Of a stretch of DNA of 64,000 nt, positions 15,001 to 27,000 are shown in pieces. Origin of the DNA: an uncultured Planctomycetales bacterium. Lineage in GTDB: Bacteria; Omnitrophota; Gorgyraeia; Zapsychrales; Fredricksoniimonadaceae. A program made the position numbers and the translations under genes. The stretch lies in contig CAZOXU010000003.1 of assembly GCA_964583975.1 (NCBI GenBank), positions 92,153-156,152 of the forward strand, given 5' to 3'. The notes below the pieces were generated by a model. The model saw nothing but the letters and a program-made list of their open reading frames with translations. It was not told where the DNA came from and did not search any database. Positions within the stretch are counted from its first letter, which is position 1; each line of letters starts with the position of its first letter.

Positions 15001-18000
15001 TTGAACATCATTTAACACAGTCTTTGATACCCAGCTTTGTAATGCTTCTTTAAGCGGATCGTTATCAGCTAAACCTTCCAATGTCTGGATGATCAATCGA
15101 TTGATCCGTGCAGGAATTTGGGCATTTACTAAATTGGTAAATTCCTGGACATCTGATTCCCATATACCATAACCATTGATCTTCTGGCTCAAGAGGCCAT
15201 CAGGCGTTTGACCCAACAACTCATTTGATTCACTTTTCTTATAAGCGTTCTCGGCTCTTAACACCTCTGCGACAACGGCAGAATCTTTTAAAATTCTATT
15301 TAAAGCAGGTGAATTGACTTTGGCCATTAGTCCTACTAATTTCTGAGTGCGTCGGTCTAAATTATTCATGGCCTCAAAACCACCCTTAGCAATGCCATTT
15401 TCAACCATTTGCATGAGCACATCAGTTTGTTCAAACGACCAATCTGGATGAGCAATAGCTAAATTAATCAATAAATCCACATAGCCTCTTTCGACATCGC
15501 GTAGCGCCAATGGCTTAAAGTCAGATCCTACGCTTAGGATCATTTGAATATCTTGTGTAGTCAGACGATTGGCAGCACGTCCATTCTTAATTTCATCTTG
15601 AACATCTTTAAACACCAATCGTAGGGGTTCTTGATCGGCTGTAACTGGTAGACGGTTTAAATGATTATCAATCAATTGATTTAAAGTCACGCGGACTGCT
15701 GGAACGGCTTGAATATAATTGCTTAACCAAGTACGTCGCTCTTCATAACGTTGCATGGCTTCAATGGAATCTGGAGCGCGAAGCATACCAAAGAATAAGC
15801 TGACCAAACGATTCACGACACGAATATCAGCGCCTGCTTCGGGCTTAAGCGTCTTTAATACATCGAGGTCTTTAAAGAACACCTCGCTGTTGTCTTCGCT
15901 AGCAACCAATCCTATGGCCAATTCGTTGCTGGCTTCATCAGCAGCTGCTAATTTGGCAATGACCTTAAGCTTAAGATCAGGACTTCCTGAGCTGTACATA
16001 CCTGCAATCAATTCTCGGCGACTGTCGTACAAGCTAGCAGCCAGAGCTGATGTGTCGCTGATTTCAACGCGGGCTAACAATTCAACTACAGCTTGTTTCT
16101 TGAGGTCTGATAAATTGTTAGTGTTGATTGCATTCTTTAATGATGCCCATTGAGCGGCATCGACGCTTAAGAATTTATTGCCTAAGCTGTCCACGCTGAC
16201 TTGCAATTGTTGACCTTGCATATCATTGCCAGAAAGAATCACTGTGATGAAGTTTTCAACACCTGAGGCTGGAGTTAAATTAACGCCGATCTGCGCTGCA
16301 GTTTGTCTTAAAATAGCTTTGGCTGTCTCATTGCTTAAGCGCAGTTGTTGTTCAAAACTTGCCTGAAGGGCTGCGACGAGTGTCTCATCAGCGCTTTGAC
16401 GCATGGCGGATAAAGCTGATTCGTAAGCTTTAATGGCTTCTCTTTCAGCTTCCGTGGTGCTCGATAATTTCTGCAACAAACGCGCTAAATCCATAACGAT
16501 TGGCTCAACTAAATCTATGGCAGCTTGTGAAGAGACCCTCACATGTCGGGCTACTTCTGTCTTGGCTAAAATGTTGTCCCCAGCAAATACGCTTCGCAAA
16601 CTAGCCAAAGCCTTGGCTGGCTGATAAGCCATAATCCATTCAATAGCTTGTTTAGCGATCTGGGTATCACGATCATTCACACGTAAGAGTACGGATTTGA
16701 ATAATTCATCATCATTACCTAACCGACCGGGCTTGCTACGAGTAGCATTCAAAACCTCAACAATTACTTCGTTGCTTGTCGCATCACGCAATACCTTAGC
16801 TAAAACTTCACGCTGACGTAAGTTATTGCCTGCACCTAATTTTGCAATAGCTTGGGATTGTTCTTTGCCAGCGCTTCTTAAAGCCTTTAGCGCATCGCTG
16901 CTAATTTTAGCCCACATGGCATCGATCGTGGCTTGTCCTTGATCGGGTGCGTCAGCTAAAACGATTCTCAATAATGGCTCATAGACCAGATACATGACCT
17001 CAACTACATTTTCACCGGTAGTAGCCAACAATCGAGGTCCAACGCGATCGGTAACATAGCTCGCAAATTTATTCTTAAATTCAGCATTTTGACCTTGGAT
17101 ACGGACACCAATGCTTTGCACAAGTTTATCCAATTGGTCGGCTACCAAAGCTTGACCTTCCACCTTGGCGCTAGCATGAACCTTGGCTAATCGATCAAGA
17201 CCATCAAAGATCAAATTCCACAAGGTATTATTGCTCTTTTGTAAGACAAGGAATATCAGATCTGTGTCTTCAACTTTAAGTTCTTCGATTCTCTCGATTA
17301 CTTCTGCAGCCACAGAAGCCACTGGATAAGCCATAGCAGCTCTTAAGGCCATATATCTGACATCGCGATGTCGATCGACAATCATGCCAAAGAGTACATT
17401 CTTGCTGTTATTAAACTGGGTAGTGCTGATTGAATCTGCAGCTAATTGGGCATACATGCCTTCTAAAGCATAGAGCTTAGCGACCCTGGCTTGATCAAAT
17501 GGTTCACGTTCAGCTTCACGGTATTTACCTAAAGACTTCTCTAATTCATCGATCAAATCTTCAGCATACGAAGAATCAATCTTCTTAGCCTTGGCATAAT
17601 CATGTAAGATGATGGCTCCTAAAACCCTTAACTCCCCTTCGGTATTCCCGCTTAAGCGCACATGATGATAAATACGATCTACAAATGCAGTGATCACATT
17701 ACCCACACGTCCTATGATGGATACAGCTGGATTTGAATAATCTGGATTGGTGACTTTAACTTCAATTAAATTGTCAAAAATCAAACTCCACCACCATGGC
17801 TTTTCAACGCCAGGATTGTAATAGGCAATGATATTCTCGCTGATATATCCTGGGATGCGTTCATCGCCAGCCGCAGCCAAGGTGATTAAAGATTTCATTC
17901 TGACATCAGATGGGGTTTCTTTGTTATTGAGAGCCTTCCATAATTGTCGTACTTCTTCTTCACTTAAACGAACCTTGCCTACTAAATTATCCCCGTCTAA

Positions 18001-21000
18001 TTGGTTGTACCATAATGGCACCTCTGAAGTATTAACACCCACTTTTACAGGCTCTTGTGTTGGGTTTTGATGTACAGGAGTTACAGGTCCTTGTGGCAAT
18101 GGTGTCACTGTGGGTGTTGGACCAGTTACAACCGTAGGCTGAGATGCAACAGGTTGTTGTGGCACTGGCACAACGGTTACAGCAGGAGACTGAGTAACCT
18201 CTGGTTGGGGCTGAGGTGACGGTTGAGGACGAACAATATCCACTGACTTTTGCTCTGGAGCTACAATACGTGTCACAGGAGCAAATGTTGTAGCTTGGTT
18301 GTAATGTTGCCATACCTTCATGCTTAAAATACCAACTATTCCAACGATTATTCCTAACACAACAATAACCATTATTACTCTCAATAATTTCATAATTATA
18401 TTGAAGTTAAAGATCGCAACTTTTTGAGTTGGCGTTACGAGTAACTCGCTGCTATTGTCTTGTGGAAGATCTAATTCAAACGTTGTTTCTGGAACTTGCG
18501 TAGTTACTAGATCATCCTTTGAGCTTGAGGTTTGTTCATCCAAGGCTCTTTCTATTCTGGCCACATAATCTTCAACAAGGGTAATTCCATTCTTATCTAA
18601 GAAATAATCAAAGTGCTCCTCTAACATGCCTCTTTGCTGCATTGCTGTAATATGTAACTGACGAATGCTTTGTTCATAATCCTCATCGTTTTGTTGAGCC
18701 CCCTGAGGATTCAACTTATGCAATAATTCATGTTCCAAGATTTCAGCAAGACGAATGTCTGTCAAAGTCAGAACCAAAGGATGTAAATAATCATAATGCT
18801 CTTCTTCTCCCGTAGCTGCTTGATACGATTGTGTAACGGCTAAAACTGCTAGTTGTGGATCAATAACAAAACCAATCTTCAAAGCATTAAGCTCAGGATA
18901 GTACCCAGCCAACAATCTTAAAACTCGTTGAATCTTTTCTTGTTGTTCTTGATTAAGAAGTTCTTGATCTCCTTCTAATGGTGTTACATTGGCAGGAAAA
19001 CCATTGGCTGCGTTTCGTTGAGCTCTTCTTGCCTTTTGACGTTCTTTGGCTGCAGCAATTAGTTCTGGTGTTGCTGAAGGTCCTTCGTTTGGTTTCTTAC
19101 CTGTGAATGCTCTGACTCCTGGAACTGAGGCTGTTACAGTTGCTGGTTTTACATCTTCTGTTGTGCTAATAAAGACGGCTAATTGTCGAGCTCTTTCTTG
19201 TGTAATATTGACCTTATCTCCTCTAACTTTTGGAGCTGCTGGTTTAGGAGTTTCTAAGCGTGGGAAAAGACTTAACACCTGAGCTGACTGGTTGTTTAAG
19301 GCTGTAATCTCATACTCACCCATATTGGCTGGTATTAATACGCTTGTTCCTTTCTTTAAGATATGGCTTCGGCCATTAGATACTTGTTTGAGTTCAACAG
19401 CACCATTCAATCCCATCAAGAAGTGGAAATAATTGACACTTGGCACAAGCACTCTTTGAGCGCTTACTAAATGGATGTTTTTAATACCTGCGCGTAGTGC
19501 GATATCAGAGCTAGCTAAGGTGCTTCCATCAGCTAATGTTTCAAAAATCTCCCAGCCAGGGGTTCTAGAGAAGTTAATAAAAGCTTCTCCTCTTAATTGA
19601 TTAAAATCAATAGCAGCCAACCCTGCTTCGATGTGCAAAGGTCTGGTAGGATCATTGCGACCATAGTCATAAAGTCTTAAGGTGCAATCTGAAATCGTAC
19701 AAATCTCAATGGCTCTGATGCCTCTTTGAAACGAGTGAACGGTACCAGAAGCAACGCGATAAATGTCACCAGCCTGCACCTTGATAGAGTTCAAATAAAC
19801 TCGTATATCCTTACCTTCTCTGACGGCCTTCTTGAATTCTTCTGCGCTAACACCTTCTTTAAGTCCTAATAAGAATTCATTGTCTTGATCTGCTTCAATG
19901 ATGATATAAGCTTCTTCCTTGCCTGACTCTGATAGGCCTAATTGTTGAGCAATTCGGTCAGAAGGATGAACGTGGATGGATAATGGCTCCTTTGCATCTA
20001 AGAACTTAGCGACAAATGGCGCTTGGATTCCCATAGCAGCCATATCCAACATAGAACCATTGGGTAACAGGATTCTTGAAGGATATTGAGGATGTTGTGA
20101 TAATTCCCAGCTTTCTGAATAAGCTACTCCAGCTTGAGCCTCGATTCCTTTAGCTTGGGAGATCCACTGTCCACCCCAGGTTTGATTTCTGACAACAGGA
20201 ACCAGAGCCACAAAACTGCTAGAAATTAGGGACAGCGCCCTATTAATGTCATCATTGCGAGTGTTTTGTAAAAGTTTCAGGAAGTCTGCCTCTGCGATAA
20301 TTCCTCGAGACCTATTATTGGCGAGCCAGACAATAGCTTCGTTAATTAAATTCCATTCTTTCAGGCGGGAGATATCGTGCAGTTGAACTTCTACTTCTGA
20401 TAATCCAAAAATATGATCGGCTTCGTGGGCTAATACAAGTCTTAATACTTCTGGTGGCCCACGTAAGGTCTCTGGATTTAAGTAAACAATCCATATAATC
20501 TTTCCTTCATGCTCAAATCTTTGTACAACACCAAGTTTGGTAAGCATTGGAGCCACCACAACATAGACGATATGGTTGTCTAATGCAGTGTAACGGGCAT
20601 TGGCTTTTAAACCTTCCACGATCAATTCAAGTTCTTGTGCTGTTGGCGCTCTCTTGGGTCCAGATTGAACTGGAACATTGACTGGGAAAGCTTGGATATC
20701 TGAGGCTCCTGGTTTGGGAGTAACTGAAAAAATATCGTGTTTACCAACTAAATTTATATCGAAGCTTTCTTTGGATTCAATAACAATGGATTGGACAATC
20801 ATTGGACTTGCAATATTGATAGACGTGGATTCTTTATCGAACTCGATTGTAACCTGCTCAGCCTTTACATTAGCTTTATGGCCCTGGGCATCTTTTAATG
20901 CGATGGTGATTCTTTCTTCTTGAAGGGCTTTTAAAATATTGACTTTTACTGACTTTTTATTCCACCAAGAAACTTTTATACCATTCAATTGAATTCTAAC

Positions 21001-24000
21001 AATTCCCTGTTTGCCATCAAAGCTAACATAGCTATCACTTAAACTCTTGGCACGAACACCCGCCTTAATAAACATTAAATTAATAACGAGATTAAATTGA
21101 TCGTCACCACGATTATTTTGTTGAAGAGTGCTAGAAATAGTTTCTTTTAAATTTATCTGTCGACGCATATTTGTTCCTAAACGATTCACGACCGCAGCAA
21201 TTTCTACGACAGCGGCTTTGATCATCACGCCTTCAACAGCTGGTATTAACTCGCCCAACAAATCTGCAACCGCTTTAAATTGTTCCACACTATCAGCTGC
21301 TTTAATATATCCGACGGTGCTATAAACAAACTCAGTGGTTTTGGGGAAACCAGCTTTGGCTGCGCTTGTTTTAATTTGCTCAATAAGCTGAGGATTGGTT
21401 GGTTCAAAAACAACGACAATGCCGCCATTGTTTTCCATTAATTTAAGCTCAACAATCTTCAATTCAATGGTTCCAACGCCGTTTAAAAATCCTGCTTGAA
21501 TAACACTTGAATACGCAGCATCTACATCCTTTTGTGTAACTCCTGCTGGCAAATTCTTACCCACCGCTAAGGATGAATGAATTCTATGCAATGGCATTAA
21601 GGCCAAATTAGCCTCAGGAAGAATTGCTCGTAATCTTTCCTGGATATTCTTAATGATGCCGTGTAGGGATGTTTGTCTGATAGCTAACTCTAAGCTGACA
21701 TTGCTATAAACAACTCCCTGGGCAGGGTTTTGATAAACATAATAATTCTTTTCTAAGCGTTGATTGAGTTCTTCTAAAGCCTGTTTCTGGGCCAAATGCT
21801 CCGCAGTTTTAGCTGCCTTTTCTTGTTCTGCTAACCTTGCTTCTTGCTCTTGAGCTAATCGTAATGCTTCTGCTGCCACACGGGCTGCCTCGGCCTGTGC
21901 TTCAGCTATTTGCTTTGCTTCTTGTTCTTGGGCTAACCGCACTGCCTCTGCCTGGCGGGCTGCTTGTTCTTGGACTAAGCGTAATGCTTCTGCTGCTAAA
22001 CGTGCTTCCTCTGCTTGGCGGGCTGCATTTATTTCCTTTGAAATCTTAGCGTTTATTAAATCAGCCATACGTTGTCGTACAGCTATTAATCTGTCTGCTT
22101 CATACTGTTGTTTACGAACTTCTTCCTCTGCTGCTCGTTCTTCGGCTAGACGCTTTGCTTCTTCTTGAGCAATTTTTGCAGCTTCAATTCTTTCAGAAAT
22201 TCTTGCGGCTAATTCTGCTGCCTCGCGAGCTGCTTGTTCTTCTGCTGCCTTCTGTGCTGCTAATCTTAAAGCTTCAGCCTTTGCTGCTTCTTCTTGAGCA
22301 ATTCGTTGCTCTTCAACTTCACGTGCCAAACGGGCTACTTCTGCCTCTTGTGCTGCTTTTTGCGCTGCTTCTGCTGCCTCGCGAGCTGCTTGCTCAGCTA
22401 GGCGCTTTGCTTCTTGCTCTTGGGCTAATCGCACTGCCTCTGCTGCTGCTTCTGCCTCGCGTGCTGCTTGTTCTTGAGCTAAACGTAATGTTTCTGCTTC
22501 TTGTGCGATTCGTGCTTCTTCTGCTGTTAATCGTTCTTGTTCTGCTTGTGCAATTCTTAATGCTTCAACTCTTGCAGCTTCTTCGCGGGCTGCTTGTTCT
22601 TCAGCAACGCGTCGAGCTTCCTGTTCCCGAGCCAGAGCTGCTGCTTCTTGAACTTTACGTAAATCTTCTTGTTCCTGGGCTAATCGTAATGCTTCTGCTG
22701 CAGCTACTTGTTCTAATCTTGCTGCTTCGACAGTTGAATCAGAAGTAAATCGAGGTAATCGGGCTCCAATTCCTGGTTGAATATCTGTTATCTCTGGAAC
22801 AAAAACAGTTTGGTCAACCCCAGCAGCAGCTCCCTCGTTACCTGTTTGGGGTGGAATCACAGATCCACTAGCTGCTGCAGGGGTTGATCCTGCTGATGGG
22901 GCAGGGTTTAAATTGATGCGTGTGGCTAATGCAATTTCTTGTTCAGAAGGAGGAATAACACGAATACTGTCATCCTGAGGCGAAGCCAAAGGATCTATTT
23001 TAGATTCTTCGCTTTGCTCAGAATGACCATCTGAAATGAGATCACTTAATTTAACACGGGTGGCTATTGAACGTTCTTGAGCAGTAGGATTATCAGTTTT
23101 TTCTTGGACTATAGGGCCAGCACGAATACTTGGAGTACCTTGAACTTGACGTGATTTTAAGAATTTAATGACCAACCAGAATAAAAGACCAACGCTCGTA
23201 AGACCTAAAACAACCAGCATAACTATATAAAGTGTATTAGGACCAACAGCAGGTTTAACATCGTTGCCTGGTAAGCTTGTAGGTGTTGTGGGAACGTTGG
23301 TGGATCCTTTAACGGGTTTAGCTGTCTCATCAGTTTTTTGACCTTTGCTGAAAGCTGCTTTCATTTGGCCAAAGACTTTCTTCACTGTGCCATCTTCCTT
23401 CATCCATCCCCACTGACCTTCTCTGGCATCGCCAGCGGCTTTGCGGCTATTGTCTTGTAAAGACATAAATACAATGCTTACCTTCATCTCTTGTGCGACG
23501 TTCCAATCATTTTGAACCAATTGAGCTTGAACTTCTTCGCTATTAATAGAAGCTTCACCTGCTTCAGCAATATAAAATGGCTTACGGACACCAACCACTT
23601 GAATCGCTTCTTCAACATCAGCCTTCAAAGAAGCATTATGACGATAATAGTTAACGCCAATCGCATCGATGTTGGTCTTTATGGCTTCTGCTAATTCCGT
23701 AACAAATCTGATACGAGTATTGTTTCCTTGGATATCACGTGAGGTGTCGCCTAATACGGTTGTGACAGTTACATCAGCACCCACCTGGGTATGGATAGCA
23801 CGAGCAGCGGCATCGATAACGGTAAATAATTCGCTCATAGGGCGTCCGCTCCAGGCTGGGAAATTGCCATCGAAATTTGGTTCGTTCATAATTTCCACAA
23901 CGAGCTTGGCTCGGTTTTCAAGAGCAGCCTTGATGGTGCGAACATATTCCACATAGTTATTAGCGGCTAATGAAATTCGGGCACCCTCTGTTGGAACAAC

Positions 24001-27000
24001 ATCTCCGAAGAAACTGCTTAAACCATTTGCTTCATAAGCTTTATTATCTAAAGGAAGACCGACAATCACGGTGTTGACTGCGCTATTGTTAACTAATTCA
24101 ACAGCCAAGTCAGCTGGCATTGGGTAATAGGTGCGGATGGCTGTGACACCAAGTTCTTTAACAGCTTGAATATTGGCAGATGAAAAGTTTTGAGCATCAA
24201 CGGTAACGCCGAAGAATGGTTGATCATTGAATGCAGCTACGGCCGTTGTTTTAGCAGGAGCTTGTTCAACCTGAGCCACGGTTGGATTGACCTGTGTCTT
24301 AGCTTCACGAATTTCTTTAACCTTCACAGAGTCAACGGTCAAGATTGCAGTCATTAATAACATGACGCTTACTTTAGCCACTCCCTTAAGGGTGATCTTC
24401 TTGACTTGATTAACGCTAGATTTTACGGATTGCTTTATGACTTCCTTAATGATGAGTTCACGGAAAAATGCTGCAATATCTTTCACGTTCCAGCCAATGG
24501 CTCGGAAGACTTTATGGAAGGCAAATGGAACACTCAGTAGTGTAATTACTCCAAAGATCTGGCTGATCATTAATGAAGCAAATACTAATGAATTGATCAA
24601 CAATACGGTACTTGCCACTCCAAATATAATGATTGCTGTTTTATTACCAAACATTTCGCGAATAGACATGCCTGAGATTTCAAATTCACCAGTGATCTTA
24701 GATTTTCGGCTAATTGGCTTAAAGACATTCTTACCGTTTAAGAAAGCAATGGCAGCCAAGGGGTAGATTAAGGTTACGACTGGTCCTAATGGTGAAGCTA
24801 CAAATAAGGTGGAAATCCAACCTGATAAACCAAGAATAGCAATCGAGCCTTCATAAGGAATTGGCTTATTGTAGTTTGTAATCTTGGCTAAACCTTTTAA
24901 GACAATGGCCAAACCAATAACAATTGGAGCCACTACAAACCATGTGAATATTGTGAATGTAGCAGTTAAATAAACACCCCAAGCAATGGTTGCTAAACCT
25001 ACAACAATCATCAATTTTCCTAAGAAGATAGCCGCCTTGGTACGTGTAATCTTAACTGATAACATTCCACTTTCAGTATGCTTACGGCGATCATCCCATT
25101 GACCCAACAAGGCATCTTTGACAGTTGCAATGAAACGGAAGGATTCGTTAGAAGCCAAGGTGAAACCTTTATCAAAACTTGGAATCAAACCAACATACAT
25201 CGCAAAACCTTTATATGTTTCATAAGCAGATTTAGCTAAGGCACTCCAGATGCTTCCTGTTATTCTTAAATTGCGAACCACGTTACTGATGTTGATTGCT
25301 TGCATCAATAGGGTGCTGAGGGTTGCAAAAATGATTAAAGGCATTAAATAAGCAAAGGCACTGAACATCGACAAAATTGGCAAGCTAACTAAGAGAATTA
25401 AAGCAGCACGGGCTGAAAGATAATGCAAATATAAAGCAATATTGCTTAACTTCATATCATAGCCAATATTTTTATTAACTATTAATTCAAAAACACCTCT
25501 AAAGGTTAAAAATCCTGTGACGTTAAATGAATAACGTTGTTCTGTAGCATAAATAGATTCTGCAAATAAAGATGGTCGGCCCCATTCAAAAGCCATCCAA
25601 TCTACTTGGGTAGATACAACTTTTGGATAGGTGCGCATCATCATCATAAAGGCAGCAGAATCTTCTCCTGTTGGCGTCATTAAGGTGTCTGCTGCAGCTG
25701 GGGTAATCAAACCTTTACCATAGAAGGTGGTCAATCCACGACGTCCACGTTGAACTTCAGAGGTAAATGTTTCTTGAGCTACAGAATAGAGTTTTGTGAC
25801 TGGGAAGGCCCAATTAGAAGCAGCCCAGATTTTCATCATGGGGTTTACAACCATAATTTCAGGATTACGTCCAACCAAGGTAGCCCAAGCCAAACGGTAC
25901 ATATTTTGACCTGGGTAGATACGTACGTGAGCGTCATAGTTGGCAGAACGGCCATAGGTCAACCAAAGATTTCCACCAATACCACCGTTTTTATTCATCG
26001 GTATTGGGTTATCATTAGCCTTATCGTAGAATGGTAAATAAACATCTGCTTTTCGAGTGGTTATAATTACCTTAGAAATTGCTATAAGTGAATTGAAACT
26101 GTTGATGAAAGTTACTATTGGGCTATTAGCATCTACCGCTTCTTTCTTATTTTTCTCGATTTCTTTACGTTTTTGCTCATCTTTCTCAATCTTAATTAAA
26201 TTATCAAGCTCCTCAGTTTTTGAATCTATTGCTCTTCGTGCTTGAACATAAACTTCATATAAAAATACATAGTTTCTCTTTCGAATTTCCAAGATTTTCT
26301 CTGAAAATTCAACCAAGGATTCACCTTCGAGCGGAATTGCTGCAAACAATTGTTGTAATCTAGCAATATCCTCTCTATTCAGGCCTGAGAAATGTTTATT
26401 CAAGAATTCATCTGGGATCTTAGCTGTTATTTTCTTTAAAACATCAAAGATGAAAACATCTTCCCCATTAACGCGCTTTCTACTGACATGGTTACCCCAA
26501 ATAGAAGCTTCTTGGAAGGTTGGACGATATTTCAAAAGTACAATTTTCTTATATTCAGGATATTTGGCGGTAAATTCATTGTTAACACCTTTTTGTACGG
26601 CATCACGGTAAGCTTCTTCCAATGAGCTATAAGTACGGGCATATCCGCGAACTAAGCTTACGTAATTCATATCAGCATTTTGACGAGCTGCAAAGATATG
26701 CATTTCGACAATATCTCTTGCTTCACTCTCAACAACTGCTCCATTGTTTTGACGCATTTCATTGAGGAATGCTTCTAAGACTTCTATGATTTCGTAAGCA
26801 TTGTCTTTAGCTCCATTGTCAATAATGACCTTCATGAAATCTGTGTTTTCAGTGGCATTCTTTAAAGCAGCAACCACTTGTGGGAATCTAGCTTCAACCT
26901 TTTCTAGCGCAGCTAAGAACTCTGCACGATTATGGCGAACTACATATCCTAACAAGCTAGTCTTTTGACCATTGGCTTGATCATGGAAAGAACCAGCTCT

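Noticed and set aside
26040-26110. AT-rich stretch that looked like an intergenic/promoter region ('ttataattaccttagaaattgctataagtgaattgaaact').
   Set aside because: Frame 3k+1 stays open through 26041-26280 and encodes a sensible peptide ('...SFNSLIAISKVIITTRKADV...'). There is no stop, so there is no gene boundary.
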